Assembly (NCBI GenBank): GCA_964016885.1
Contig: OZ024751.1
Location: 24,676,001 to 24,740,000, forward strand
From: Eledone cirrhosa
Lineage: Eukaryota
Length of the DNA stretch: 64,000 nucleotides
Direction: 5' to 3'
The stretch's first letter is position 1. Each line of letters starts with the position of its first letter. The position numbers and the translations under genes were made by a program. The notes under the pieces were generated by a model that was not told the DNA's origin, made no database searches, and saw only the letters and a program-made list of their open reading frames with translations. Positions 28,090-39,669 of this stretch are shown here, piece after piece.

Positions 28090-28945
28090 GGAATAGTGGA
28101 ATTGTGGAATTGTGGAATGGTAGAATGGTGGAATGGAGGAATGGTGGAATAGTGGAATGGAGGGATGGTGGAATGGAGGGATGGTGGAATGGTGGAATAG
28201 TGGAATGGTGGAATGGTGGAGTAGTGAAATGGATGGATGGTGGAATAGTGGAATGGTGGAATGGTGGAATAGTGGAATGGTGGAGTAGTGGAATGGTGGA
28301 ATGGAAGGATGGTGGAATGGTGGAATAGTGGAATGGAGGAATGGTGGAATGGAGGGATGGTAGAATGGAGGGATGGTGGAATGGTGGAATGGAGGGATGG
28401 TGGAATGGTGGAATGGTGGAATGGAGGGATGGTGGAATGGAGGGATGGTGGAATGGTGGAATGGTGGAATGGAGGGATGGTGGAATGGTGGAATGGTGGA
28501 ATGGTGGAATAGTGGAATGGTGGAGTAGTGAAATGGAGGGATGGTGGAATGGTGGAATGGTGGAATAGTGGAATGGTGGAGTAGTGGAATGGTGGAATGG
28601 AAGGATGGTGGAATGGTGGAATAGTGGAATGGAGGAATGGTGGAATGGAGGGATGGTAGAATGGAGGGATGGTGGAATGGTGGAATGGTGGAATGGAGGG
28701 ATGGTGGAATGGTGGAATGGTGGAATGGAGGGATGGTGGAATGGAGGGATGGTGGAATGGTGGAATGGTGGAATGGAGGGATGGTGGAATGGTGGAATGG
28801 AGGGATGGTGGAATGGTGGAATGGAGGGGTGGAGGAATGGTGGAATGGTAGAATGGGGGGATGGTGGAATGGTGGAATAGAGGGGTGGTGGAATAGAGGG
28901 GTGGTGGAATGGTGGAATGGTGGAGTAGTGGAATGGTGGAACTGG
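28090..28945. repeat. (GGTGGAAT)n-based 8-bp satellite
   Basis: Direct reading. It generates the spurious MVEWWNGG ORFs. Confidence 0.95.
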
Positions 28946-29349
28946 TTTTTAACTGAATATTTTAGAAATTGCCAGTTTTAGGTGTGATAGTTGGAGGGAG
29001 GTTGTGGGGAGGGGGATACAATGAGGAATGGGGAGAGAGAGAGAAGTAGAAGAATTTAGTGAGGAATTAAGTTGGAGAGAATGATAATGTGAGGGCGTGA
29101 GCAGAGAGAGGTGGGGTAGGGAAAAGAGGGAGAGGGAGGAAGAGAGGAGAGTGAGGGAGAGAAAGGAAGAGAGGACAGAGAGAGAGGGAGAAAGAGAGGG
29201 AGAAGTAGAGAGAAAGAGAGAAAGAGAGAGTGGGAGAAAGAGAGAGAGAGTTATCAAATATTGAGACTAAGCAGAAAAGATGTCCATATCTTGTTCATAT
29301 ATTCAATTTTAACACAGTTTCAATGTCTGGATATCCATCTTACAATCAA

Positions 29350-29860
29350 CTACTTTACAGAGTGTACTGGGTGCATTTTATTGTGACATCAGCACTACTA
29401 TTTTACAGAGTGTACTGGGTGCATTTTATTGTGGCATCAGCACTACCACTTTACAGAGTGTACTGGGTGCATTTTATTGTGGCATCAGCACTACCACTTT
29501 ACAGAGTGTACTGGGTGCATTTTATTGTGGCATCAGCACTACTATTTTACAGAGTGCACTGGGTGCATTTTATTGTGGCACCAACACTACCATTTTACAG
29601 AGTGTACTGGGTGCATTTTATTGTGGCATCAGCACTACCACTTTACAGAGTGTACTGGGTGCATTTTATTGTGACATCAGCACTACCACTTTACAGAGTG
29701 TACTGGGTGCAATTTATTGTGGCACCAGCACTACCACTTTACAGAGTGTACTGGGTGCAATTTATTGTGGCACCAGCACTACCACTTTACAGAGTGTACT
29801 GGGTGCAATTTATTGTGGCACCAGCACTACCATTTTACAGAGTGTACTGGGTGTATTTTA
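29350..29860. repeat. 48-bp minisatellite (~10 copies)
   Basis: Unit ttacagagtgtactgggtgcattttattgtggcatcagcactaccact. Confidence 0.92.
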
Positions 29861-30164
29861 TGCAAGATACTACAAGGCTTTGGTTATCTTCTATATGGAG
29901 GCACCGCAAGGGTTTTGCAAAGTGGGGAGATCACCCCCAGGTGAGTGGTACTAAAACTGTGTTTCTTTGCCCTGGGGCCCTGCGAGAACTTGTAAGGCCA
30001 CTGGTCCCATATAATTCCTTCTGTATATACCAGATTGAGAGAGAGAGGTGTATGAGAGAGAGAGAGAGAGGGAGAGGTGTATGAGAGAGAGAGAGAGAGA
30101 TGTATGAGAGAGAGAGGTGTATGAGAGAGAGAGAGAGGGAGAGAGATTTATGAGAGAGAGAATG

Positions 30165-30364
30165 NNNNNNNNNNNNNNNNNNNNNNNNNNNNNNNNNNNN
30201 NNNNNNNNNNNNNNNNNNNNNNNNNNNNNNNNNNNNNNNNNNNNNNNNNNNNNNNNNNNNNNNNNNNNNNNNNNNNNNNNNNNNNNNNNNNNNNNNNNNN
30301 NNNNNNNNNNNNNNNNNNNNNNNNNNNNNNNNNNNNNNNNNNNNNNNNNNNNNNNNNNNNNNNN
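30165..30364. other. Assembly gap (200 N)
   Basis: Run of N within a GA-rich repeat. Confidence 1.
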
Positions 30365-31086
30365 AGAGGTGTGTATCAGAGAGAGGTGTATGAGAGAGAG
30401 AAAGGAGGAAACATTAAGAAAAAGCTGCTGCTGTTGATGATGATGATGATAATGATGATGATGATGATGATGATGACAATAATGACGATGATGATGATGA
30501 CAATAATGACGATGATGATGATGACGATGATGATGATGATGATGATGAGGATGATGATGATGATGAGGATAATGCTTATGATAATGACAATGATGATGAA
30601 GTTGATGATGATGGATGCTTTAGAGATGAAGTAATTGTGATGTAGGAGAAGACTAAATAAATCAATAAATATATAGACAACAACAACAATAAATAGTGAA
30701 TAACAAAAGGATGAAAGTGATGAAAAAGCCAAACAGCCACCTCGTTAATTAGTGGCTGAGTAATAATTATTATCGAAGAAAATGAAGCAAACTTAACAAC
30801 AATGTACATGTATGTGTGTGAAGTATATATATATATATATATATATATACATAGTGGATGTAAAATGATGATGATGATAAATATATATGTATATTTATCT
30901 GTGAAAATTTGGTGATGGAATAGTTATATCTTGTGTTGTCCACTTTCTAATTAAATAGCTCTGTTCTATATATAGAGCACTCTTTTTTCCTTTGTTTTTT
31001 TCTTCGGAAATACTTCACACACACACACACACATATATATATCATCATCATCATCACCGTTTTACATGCTAGCATCAGTTAGACGG

Positions 31087-31228
31087 GAGTCCAGAAATAG
31101 GCGTTGAAACAGCTTGAGTTCTGCCGTTGGGGTCTTGAACATTTTCCTATATATATATATATATATAGGAAAATGTTCAAGGCCCCAACGGCAGAGCTCA
31201 AGCCATTTCAACGGTTATTTCTGGACTC
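31087..31228. repeat. Imperfect inverted repeat with (TA)n loop, same family as 25.7/31.5/35.7 kb
   Basis: gagtccagaaatag...cattttcc (ta)n ggaaaatg...ttatttctggactc, with several mismatches between arms. Confidence 0.85.
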
Positions 31229-31475
31229 TACTACCCTAAGTATTGAGTACTCTGGTGCGTTATGGTCCACCTGGTTCCTTACCACACTTCCTTCATTATG
31301 ATGATATATATAAAAATGTAATCTGAGTTTTTCAAATATTAATAATAATATTCGTTTCATTTGCAATTATGCATATATTATGCAATTATATATATATATA
31401 TATATATAACGAAGGAACCAAGTGGACCATAACACACCAAAGTACTCAATACTTAGGGTAGTAGAGTGGGTAATA

Positions 31476-31698
31476 GGAACGAGTAGGACCCCGATGGCTG
31501 AGCTCAAGCCATTTCGACGGCTAATTCTGGACTAAATGAAAATTTTTATCCTGAATAGCCGAGCTTCTCAGGGGGTAATTCCATGGAATTACCCCCTGAG
31601 AAGCTCGGCTATTCATATACCAGGATAAAAATTTTCATTTAGTCCAGAATTAGCCGTCGAAACGGCTTGAGCTCAGCCATCGGGGTCCTACTCGTTCC
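31476..31698. repeat. Palindrome, ~110-bp arms, centred on CCATGG (31581-31586)
   Basis: Direct reading shows reverse-complement arms with one short indel and one mismatch. Confidence 0.9.
31591..31686 (+). ncRNA. Hammerhead-like motif with variant core (mirror copy in left palindrome arm)
   Basis: ACCCC-CUGAGAAG-cucGGCUAUUC...GAAUUAGCCGuc-GAAA-cGGCU...AGCCa-UC^GGGGU. The sister copy at 25764-25791 has canonical GAAA-CGGC...GCCG-UC^GGGGU. The core deviates from CUGANGA. Confidence 0.55.
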
Positions 31699-32040
31699 AT
31701 ATATATATATATATTATATATATATATATACATATATATATACATATATCAATAATTGTTTCTACTTTAGGCACAAGGCCAGCAATTACCCAGTACATTA
31801 CTGGTACTTTATTTCATCGACCCCGTAATGATGAAAGGCAAAGTTAACCTCGGCGGAATTTGAACTCAGACTGTAAAGAGACGTAACTATGCTAGTTCAC
31901 CGCCCTTTATACATATATCAATAATATTGATCATTTGCAATTATGCATATATTATGCAATTATATATATACATATATATATGTATATATATATATATGTA
32001 TACAGTTGAAAATTGCAAACTTGACTGTCACCACAGAATA

Positions 32041-32079
32041 TGAACCTGAAGATTGCAAAAGCACGAAAGTACTTGTTCA
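32041..32079 (+). ncRNA. Minimal hammerhead ribozyme motif (helix II base mismatched)
   Basis: UGAAC-CUGAAGA-u UGC aaaa GCA c-GAAA-GUAC-UU^GUUCA, with a 5-bp helix I and palindromic helix III AGUACU. Confidence 0.6.
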
Positions 32080-32230
32080 ATTAACACTTAACATTTAATA
32101 TTCTACCATACTATTTCATTCTAATACCATTATAAATTTTAAAGGATTGTAAATAAAACGAGTAAATCAGACAAAGTTGGAATTCCTTTTATTAATATAT
32201 ATATATATATTTTTATATATATATATATAT

Positions 32231-32909
32231 ATAGAAGAAGTTAATATGCCCGTGGGTACTAAGTACCCCTGGAAATATATAGGTTGTCTATGATTTAAGG
32301 TTGTTCTATGGTATTAATTTGACATACCAGAACTATAATATTAAGATAAGCAGAACAAGCAAAATTCGACCAATTTTTTAAAACAAAATTAAAAAAAATA
32401 TAATTTAAATATTTACCTATTCTTTTGGCCCTTACCGATCGGTTTCGCTTTGTAAAACACCAGAAATCCAATGGATTTCCAATGGAAAATCAAAGCTCAT
32501 CAGAGAAGCATTTTCCTTTCCTAGGGCTAAAGACCCAGGAACGATAAAATATATTGTTATCTGCCAGCTAGCACAGATTCGAAAGGCCAAAAAATGACCT
32601 GTACGTGAACTAACCGAGGTGAAAGCGGGAAAAGCATAGACGTGTTGTCTATCTCGTTACTAAAAATAGCAGCTAAATATAAACAACAGATTTGTTCTCA
32701 ACATAACGGAGAATATTAATAGAAGAAGTTAATATGCCCGTGGGTACTAAGTACCCCTGGAAATATATAGGTTGTCTATGATTTAAGGTTGTTCTATGGT
32801 ATTAATTTGACATACCAGAACTATAATATTAAGATAAGCAGAACAAGCAAAATTCAACCAATTTTTTAAAACAAAATTTAAAAAAATATAATTTAAATAT
32901 TTACCTATT
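32231..32909 (-). mobile_element. Non-coding element with ~190-bp terminal direct repeats (period 488 bp) enclosing a hammerhead; Penelope pLTR/retrozyme-like
   Basis: 32231-32421 is nearly identical to 32719-32909, with the HHR at 32428-32509 and TA-rich microsatellite on both sides. Confidence 0.6.
32428..32509 (-). ncRNA. Type I hammerhead ribozyme
   Basis: gcuucu-CUGAUGA-GCUUUG...CAAAGC-GAAA-CCGAUCGG-UA^agggc: intact core, 6-bp helix II base, palindromic helix III ACCGAUCGGU, GUA triplet. Confidence 0.78.
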
Positions 32910-32993
32910 ATATATATGTATGTATATATATATATATGTATATATCATCATCTCATCATCACCTTCGTTTAACGTCCATCTTCCATGCTAACA

Positions 32994-33039
<46 letters not shown>

Positions 33040-33675
33040 TCCGACCTCACACACTTACACCTCTCCAAGACAATGTCACTGGACCGAGACCTTTGGCGGT
33101 ACTCAGTAACAGAGAAGACCCGCCTTACCTAAATACATAGTAAAACCTACTACAGCCAGTAGGCATCTCTAACAAAATCCCCCCCACCCCGTCCCACCAC
33201 CCCCACCCCGTTCTATGTAAAGTTGTGTTGGTGCCACACCATCCAGGCCGAAACAAATGAGATCATGTAGGTGTCACGACAAAAAAACACACAGTCCACG
33301 CTGTAATGTGGCCGTGTAGGCAACACGGTAAACACCTCCCAGACCCACACTGTAAATGTGGTTGGTGTTAGGAAGGGCATCCAACTGTAGAAAACCTGCC
33401 AGACAGTCCTATGCGAGCAAGACAATCACTCTTGCCTCAAGTGGGACTACCCCCATCCAAACCCATGCAAGCGTGGAACACGGACGTTAAACGTTGATGA
33501 TGATGATGATGATGATGATATATATATATATATATATATATGTAGATAAATCTATCAAGAGTTTACGGTAGTGTCCAATCCGTATGAAGAACTCAATGTA
33601 TTCCGGATATCATGGAAAGAAGAGATGTAATGAAAAATCACTTTCGGTGAAAGATAAACTGAATACAGAGTCAAG

Positions 33676-34104
33676 ATAAAATATTAAACAAATAATGAAT
33701 AAAACAATGAAACAGTTCCTTATATTAAACAAAAAAAGTTCATTATTTAACGATCGTTTCTAGGATATATATGTGTTAGAATTGGCATGCATATTCAACA
33801 GATCTATGTACAAAATTATACAAAATTATACAAACTATCAAGATTAAATATACATACCAAACACACATATATGCCGTCTTCAGAAATAATACATTATTTC
33901 TGAAGACGGCATATATGTGTGTTTGGTATGTATATTTAATCTTGATAGTTTGTATAATTTTGTATAATTTTGTACATAGATCTGTTGAATATGCATGCCA
34001 ATTCTAACACATATATATCCTAGAAACGATCGTTAAATAATGAACTTTTTTTGTTTAATATAAGGAACTGTTTCATTGTTTTATTCATTATTTGTTTAAT
34101 ATTT

Positions 34105-34107
<3 letters not shown>
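33676..34107. repeat. Long inverted repeat, 215-bp arms, 2-bp spacer
   Basis: The arms read as reverse complements around 33891-33892, and the right arm ends in (TA)n. Confidence 0.9.
33892..34042 (+). ncRNA. Hammerhead ribozyme with ~115-nt helix II domain (mirror copy on - strand at ~33741-33890)
   Basis: CAUUAUUU-CUGAAGA-[AUAUAUGUGU...ACACAUAUAU]-GAAA-CGAUCG-UU^AAAUAAUG, with a perfect 8-bp helix I. The base of helix II is imperfect. Confidence 0.6.
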
Positions 34108-34143
<36 letters not shown>

Positions 34144-34168
34144 GTATATATACATAGGCAAAAGGGAT

Positions 34169-34227
34169 ATTTTATCTGAAGAGAGCGAACCAAAGTTCTG
34201 GTACCCTTGAAATATATATAATAGAAT
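34169..34227 (+). ncRNA. Hammerhead ribozyme motif
   Basis: AUUUUAU-CUGAAGA-GAG...CUU-GAAA-UAUAUA-UA^AUAGAAU, with a 7-bp helix I. Same downstream tail family as 1093-1150. Confidence 0.6.
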
Positions 34228-34280
34228 AAATATTGCTTTATAAATATAGTTTCCATTTATTTAATATCATTGTATATATA

Positions 34281-34400
<120 letters not shown>

Positions 34401-34800
34401 GAATAATAATATATATATATACACTGTAAATGTGGTTGGTGTTAGGAAGGGCATCCAACTGTAGAAAACCTGCCAGACAGTCCTATGCGAGCAAGACAAT
34501 CACTCTTGCCTCAAGTGGGACTACCCCCGTCCAAACCCATGCAAGCGTGGAACACGGACGTTAAACGTTGATGATGATGATGATGATGATATTATTAGAA
34601 AGTGAGGGTTTTTTTTTACAAAATGAAAAAAAACGAGATGTCCTACATGAGTGAAAGTATAAGGGGAAAAGAAGAAATCGAAAATGCAACTTTTATAAAA
34701 AAATATATATGTATGTGGTTCCTTTACCGGTTTCGCAGTTCTTGTGCTTTTCAAAAGTAGAATTGAGATGGAGGGTTTGTGGTTTTTCTCGCACCTGTAC

Positions 34801-34834
<34 letters not shown>

Positions 34835-35131
34835 GTATGCGTGTGCGTGTGTGTGTATATATATATATTAATATATATGTATATATAGTGAAGGCGCATG
34901 GCTTAGTGGTTAGAGCATTGGGCTTGCAATCAAAAGGTTGTGAGTTCAATTCTCAGACCGGGCTTTATTTCACGTTGCTCCAGTTTACTCAGCTGTAGAA
35001 ATGAGTACCGGCCTGCCCGCGCAGCCAGTGGGATGGCGTTATCTTATGGCTAAAACAGCACGACGTGCTGTGACCAGCAGCGCCGACTGGCGCCCGACAG
35101 ACTGGTCGGTCAAGATGATATATATATATAT

Positions 35132-35503
35132 ATGAATGTATATATAGTATATTTGGCAATATACTGTAAGCTTAATTAAAAGCATTTTGAAGACCTTGCC
35201 CTATTATTTTAATCTCACTCCTTTATTGCGCTATTATTTTATGTCACTCCCTTTTTCCAACTCCCTTTGTTTGTTGAAAAAAGAAGTAAGTGACATAGTC
35301 ACTACTTTAAAACAATAGCGTAAGGTCTTCAAAATGCTTTTAATTAAGCATACAGTATATGTAGTTCTTCTATAGTTCACCTGTAGTTCACCAATAGTTC
35401 TCCTATAGTTCTTCTATAGTTCACCTGTAGTTCACCAATAGTTCTCCTATAGTTCATCTATAGTTCACCTGTAGTTCGCCAAATATACTATATATACATT
35501 CAT
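35132..35503. mobile_element. Fold-back/MITE-like element whose right arm is interrupted by an 11-bp satellite
   Basis: atgaatgtatatagtatatttggc-atatactgtaagcttaattaaaagcattttgaagacctt is mirrored at 35321-35360 and 35478-35503, separated by (tagttcaccaa)-like units. Confidence 0.65.
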
Positions 35504-35530
35504 GTATACATCGCTATTTCAGAGCACCAA

Positions 35531-35562
<32 letters not shown>

Positions 35563-35682
35563 GGAACCAGTAAGACCCCAATTTTTTCGCATGGTGCGGG
35601 TGAAATGAATTGAGCTTAGCGGAAAAGTCTGGATACGGCGTGGTAGGGTCGGAAAGTGCTCTACTACGGGAGTAGGAGCTAG

Positions 35683-35878
35683 ATAACGAAGGAAATGTGG
35701 TAAGGAACCAGGTGGACCATAACGCACCAAAGTACTCAATACTTGAGGTAGTAGAGTGGGTAATAGGAACCAGTAAGACCCCGGGGTCTTACTGGTTCCT
35801 ATTACCCACTCTACTACCTCAAGTATTGAGTACTTTGGTGCGTTATGGTCCACCTGGTTCCTTACCACATTTCCTTCG

Positions 35879-35882
<4 letters not shown>
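35683..35882. repeat. Perfect palindrome, 100-bp arms, no spacer
   Basis: ataacgaagg...gtaagacccc|ggggtcttac...ccttcgttat, centre 35782/35783, followed by (TA)n. Confidence 0.92.
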
Positions 35883-35916
<34 letters not shown>

Positions 35917-36067
35917 ATACATTATATTATATTACATATACATATATTATATTATATATATGTATGTATGTATATACATTATATTATATTACATATACAT
36001 ATATTATATTATATATATATATATGTATGTATGTATATACATTATATTATATTACATATACATATAT

Positions 36068-36135
<68 letters not shown>

Positions 36136-36399
36136 GCCCACACATACACAGAGCAATGGTTTCTTGCCCTTGAAAAAAGCCAGATTCAAAGCAATTTTGA
36201 GGCTGTTGAGATAATAAAAACTTTCTGACAGTAGCTGACATGGGAACTTCCCCACAGAGTTTCCCACTTATAGCTGTTTTATGTCTGTTGCCTTTGGCAC
36301 AGAATGTTCCCATCAGACCAGACAAGTCCATTTCAGCATACATTAACCGAGATTCCTTCTCTGACCCACATTCTATTAAACTTCTGAACTCAAGAGTTC

Positions 36400-36890
36400 A
36401 CAAATAGTTCACCCAGAGTTTAGTTACAGTTCACCTATAGTTCCCCTATAGTTCACCAATAGTTCACCTATAGTTCATCGATAGTTCACCAATAGTTCAC
36501 CAATAGTTCATCGATAGTTCACCAATAGTTCACCAATAGTTCATCGATAGTTCACCAATAGTTCTCCTATAGTTCACCAATAGTTCTCCTATAATTCACC
36601 AATAGTTCACCAATAATTCACCAATAGTTCATTGATAGTTCACCAATAATTCTCCTATAGTTCACCAACAGTTCATCTATAGTTCACCAATAGTTCTCCT
36701 ATAGTTCATCAATAGTTCACCAATAGTTCATCTAGAGTTCACCAATATTTCATCTATAATTCATCTATAGTTCACTTATATTTCATTTATAGTCCACCGA
36801 TAGTTCATCTATAGTTCTCCTATAATTCATCTATAGTTCTCCTATAGTTCATCTATAGTTCTCCTATAGTTCATCTATAGTTCACCTCTA
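36400..36890. repeat. 11-bp satellite (tagttcaccaa)n
   Basis: Direct reading. A smaller array lies at 35362-35478. Confidence 0.92.
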
Positions 36891-38337
36891 TTTCACATAA
36901 CAAAAGATGGAACTGTTAGAGTATCAGATGAGATACTTCATATTATATATTCTGGTTCTTTGTATACTGAGTATATTGAGTCCTAGTTTGGTGAAAGACT
37001 TAATCTATCCCCTGTTTTAACACCACCATCTGGTCCTTGGCTGCCTTTTACAGGGTTCACTCTGTTGCAAGTATTTTGTCCCAGGGCAACTGTTTGACAA
37101 TTCCCCACCCCCACTCCACACGAGTTCTGAAGTTCTGAAAAACAAACGGCCATGGGCACAGCCCTTTCCTCCCTGACTAAGTGGCAAAGAAATATTAAAA
37201 TTTCTGCTTCTCATAACTACTAAGCTCTGTAAGTGAGTGAATGTATGTGGGTAAGTGAATGAGTGTGTATGTGAGAATAAGTGAGTGTGTGAGTATGTGA
37301 GTGAATGTATGTGGGTAAGTGAATGAGTGTGAGAATGAGTGAGTGTGTGAGTGAGTATGTGAGTGAATGTGTATGTATGTGAGCATGTTAGTGAGTGTGT
37401 ATGTGTGTGAGTGTGTATTAGTGTGTGTTTGTGTGTGTGTGTGCATTAGTGAGTGTATGAGTATGTGAATTTATGTTAGTGAGTCTGTGGGTTTGTGAGT
37501 ATGTTAGTGAGTGTGTGGGTTTGTGAGTATGTTAGTGAGTGTGTGTATGAGTGCGCATGTATGTGAGTAAGTGAGAGTGTGTGTATGAGTGAGCGTGTAG
37601 TCGAACGAGTGTGTGTGTGAGTGAGTATGTGAATGAATGTGTAATTGGATGAACATGTGTGGTAGTGTGTGAGTGTGTGTTAGTGAGTCAGTGAATGTAT
37701 GTGTATGTGTGTTAATAAGTGAGTGTGTTAGTGTGTATGTGAGTGTATAACTGGATGAATGAGTGTGTGAGAGTGTGTTAGTGAGTCTGTGAACGTATGT
37801 TTGTGTTAGTGTGTGAGTGTGGATGTATGTGTGATGTTGAAGTTGTTATCTAGACTAAAAACTTAATGAACCATGACTAAATAATTACAGGTATAATTAC
37901 AGGTGAAATACAGGTGTATAATAAAGAAAGAGTGAAAGGGGGAGGGTCAGTATTTGGTTCTTGGCTGTTGCTTCCTGCTAGCTTTGCTGGAACTGACCAC
38001 AACTTCTCACTGTCTTAATTAACCCTTTTGATAACAAACCACCTAAAGCCACCTCTGGGTCTATGAAACAAAACCACTCATTTTAAATGCTTCCTATTTA
38101 ATCCTTTAGCATTTAAACTGGCCATATCTGACCAGAATTCTGTCACCTCTTTCTGCTCAAATTGACCATAACTGGCTGCTCATACCAACATTAAGGTATT
38201 GTTCTCAAAATAAATAACATCAACATCTCGTAGATTTGATATTATGTGAAATAATTATGTAAGATAAAGCCTTTACCACAAAAATACAATAGTATATAGA
38301 GAGTAATGTAAAAGTTAAAGGGTTAAATTAAAATCTT

Positions 38338-38542
38338 ATATACTCGTATATAAGCTGATATGAATATAAGCTGACCCCACTATTTTATGTCTGAAAATGG
38401 GTAAAAAATCTAAACCTTATTTATGTAGAATTTGAAATTGGTAAAGATCATCAAAATATTGACCCCCAAAACCAACACCCCCATTTCTACCATCGATTTT
38501 TTGGTCACATATTCCTCGGCTTCTATTTAAGTATATACGGTA
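38338..38542. mobile_element. pogo/Tigger-like MITE remnant
   Basis: Termini tatactcgtatataagc ... ggcttctatttaagtatatacggta. Confidence 0.5.
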
Positions 38543-39669
38543 ATTTAGATGAGAATCTTTTGTTTCGATATGTTACAAATAACTTCTTGATAATGAAATA
38601 ATTTATAATTTTAATAGATATTTCCAAACTCTCCATTAATTAATGGGAAGAGCATCCAACGATAGAAACCAATATATATATATATATATATATACTATTG
38701 TATTTTCATAATATCAAATCTATGAGATTTTGATATTATTTAATAGGGTGCTGGATTGGCAGTATCGGTTGAGGGTCGGACAAGCTTTCCAGCATAGTTA
38801 CATCCCTTTATGATCTGAGTTCAAATCCTGCCGAGGTTAACTTTGCCTTTCATCCATACGGGGGGTCGATAAAATAAAGTACCAGTAATGTACTGGGTAT
38901 TGCTGGCCTTGTGCCAAAAGTAGAAACAATTATTTACTTTGAGAACAATACCTTAACATCAGTATAAGCAGCCAGTTACAGCTGGTTTGAACAGAAAAAG
39001 GTGAGAAAATTCTGGCCGGATATGGCTGGTTTAAATGCTAAAGGGTTAAATGATATTCAACAATATTTGCTTACTATTTAAAAAGTTAGCTGTTCTATTA
39101 ATTTCCTGCAAACTTTTGATTATTTTCAAAATTAATTGAAACATAGGGGCAGGTTATTTCATTAAAAAATATGGTAAGAAGAGGTTTAAACCCACTGGAA
39201 GCTTTAGGTGAGGGATGACTCATTTTTCTGTGTTATTGATTGAGGATATTTCAGTTAGAATTAGAAGAGGAGGAGGCTATCTTTTAATGAACGATCTTAA
39301 TAAGGCAAATCCAGTCAACCATAAATCAGCAAGATGTTCTCTTCATTGGTTACAAGAAAATAGAAGAATATTCCCATCTTGAAAAGGAAGCTATTCACCA
39401 TTCATATCAAAGCCATAAGACAAATATATTTGAAGAGCATTGAGGAAAACATAAGGGAGGATTAGCAAATGGAAAGGATAATAGAGAGGCCAATAGAAAA
39501 ATGGTGATACCTTGATTTCTTGAGGGAAGAGAGGGGAAGAGGGGGAGAGAGGGAGGGAGAGAGAGAGAGGGAAATAGATAGATGGAGAGAGAGAATGATG
39601 GATAGATACAGTGAGAGAGAGACAGTGAAAGAAAGTAAAATAGGTAGAGAGATGGAGAGAGAGAGAGGG

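Noticed and set aside
28071-28981. MVEWWNGG repeat proteins or telomere-like repeat
   Set aside because: An 8-bp satellite, neither TTAGGG nor coding.
32250-32285. gggtactaagtaccc hairpin followed by GAAATATATA as another hammerhead
   Set aside because: No CUGANGA core upstream.
36150-36390. Higher-complexity segment with short ORFs (similar case at 52630-52870)
   Set aside because: No recognisable motifs or convincing splice sites; probably TE debris.
39200-39480. Possible hAT transposase C-terminal remnant
   Set aside because: Only a faint resemblance with multiple stops; cannot be supported without a search.
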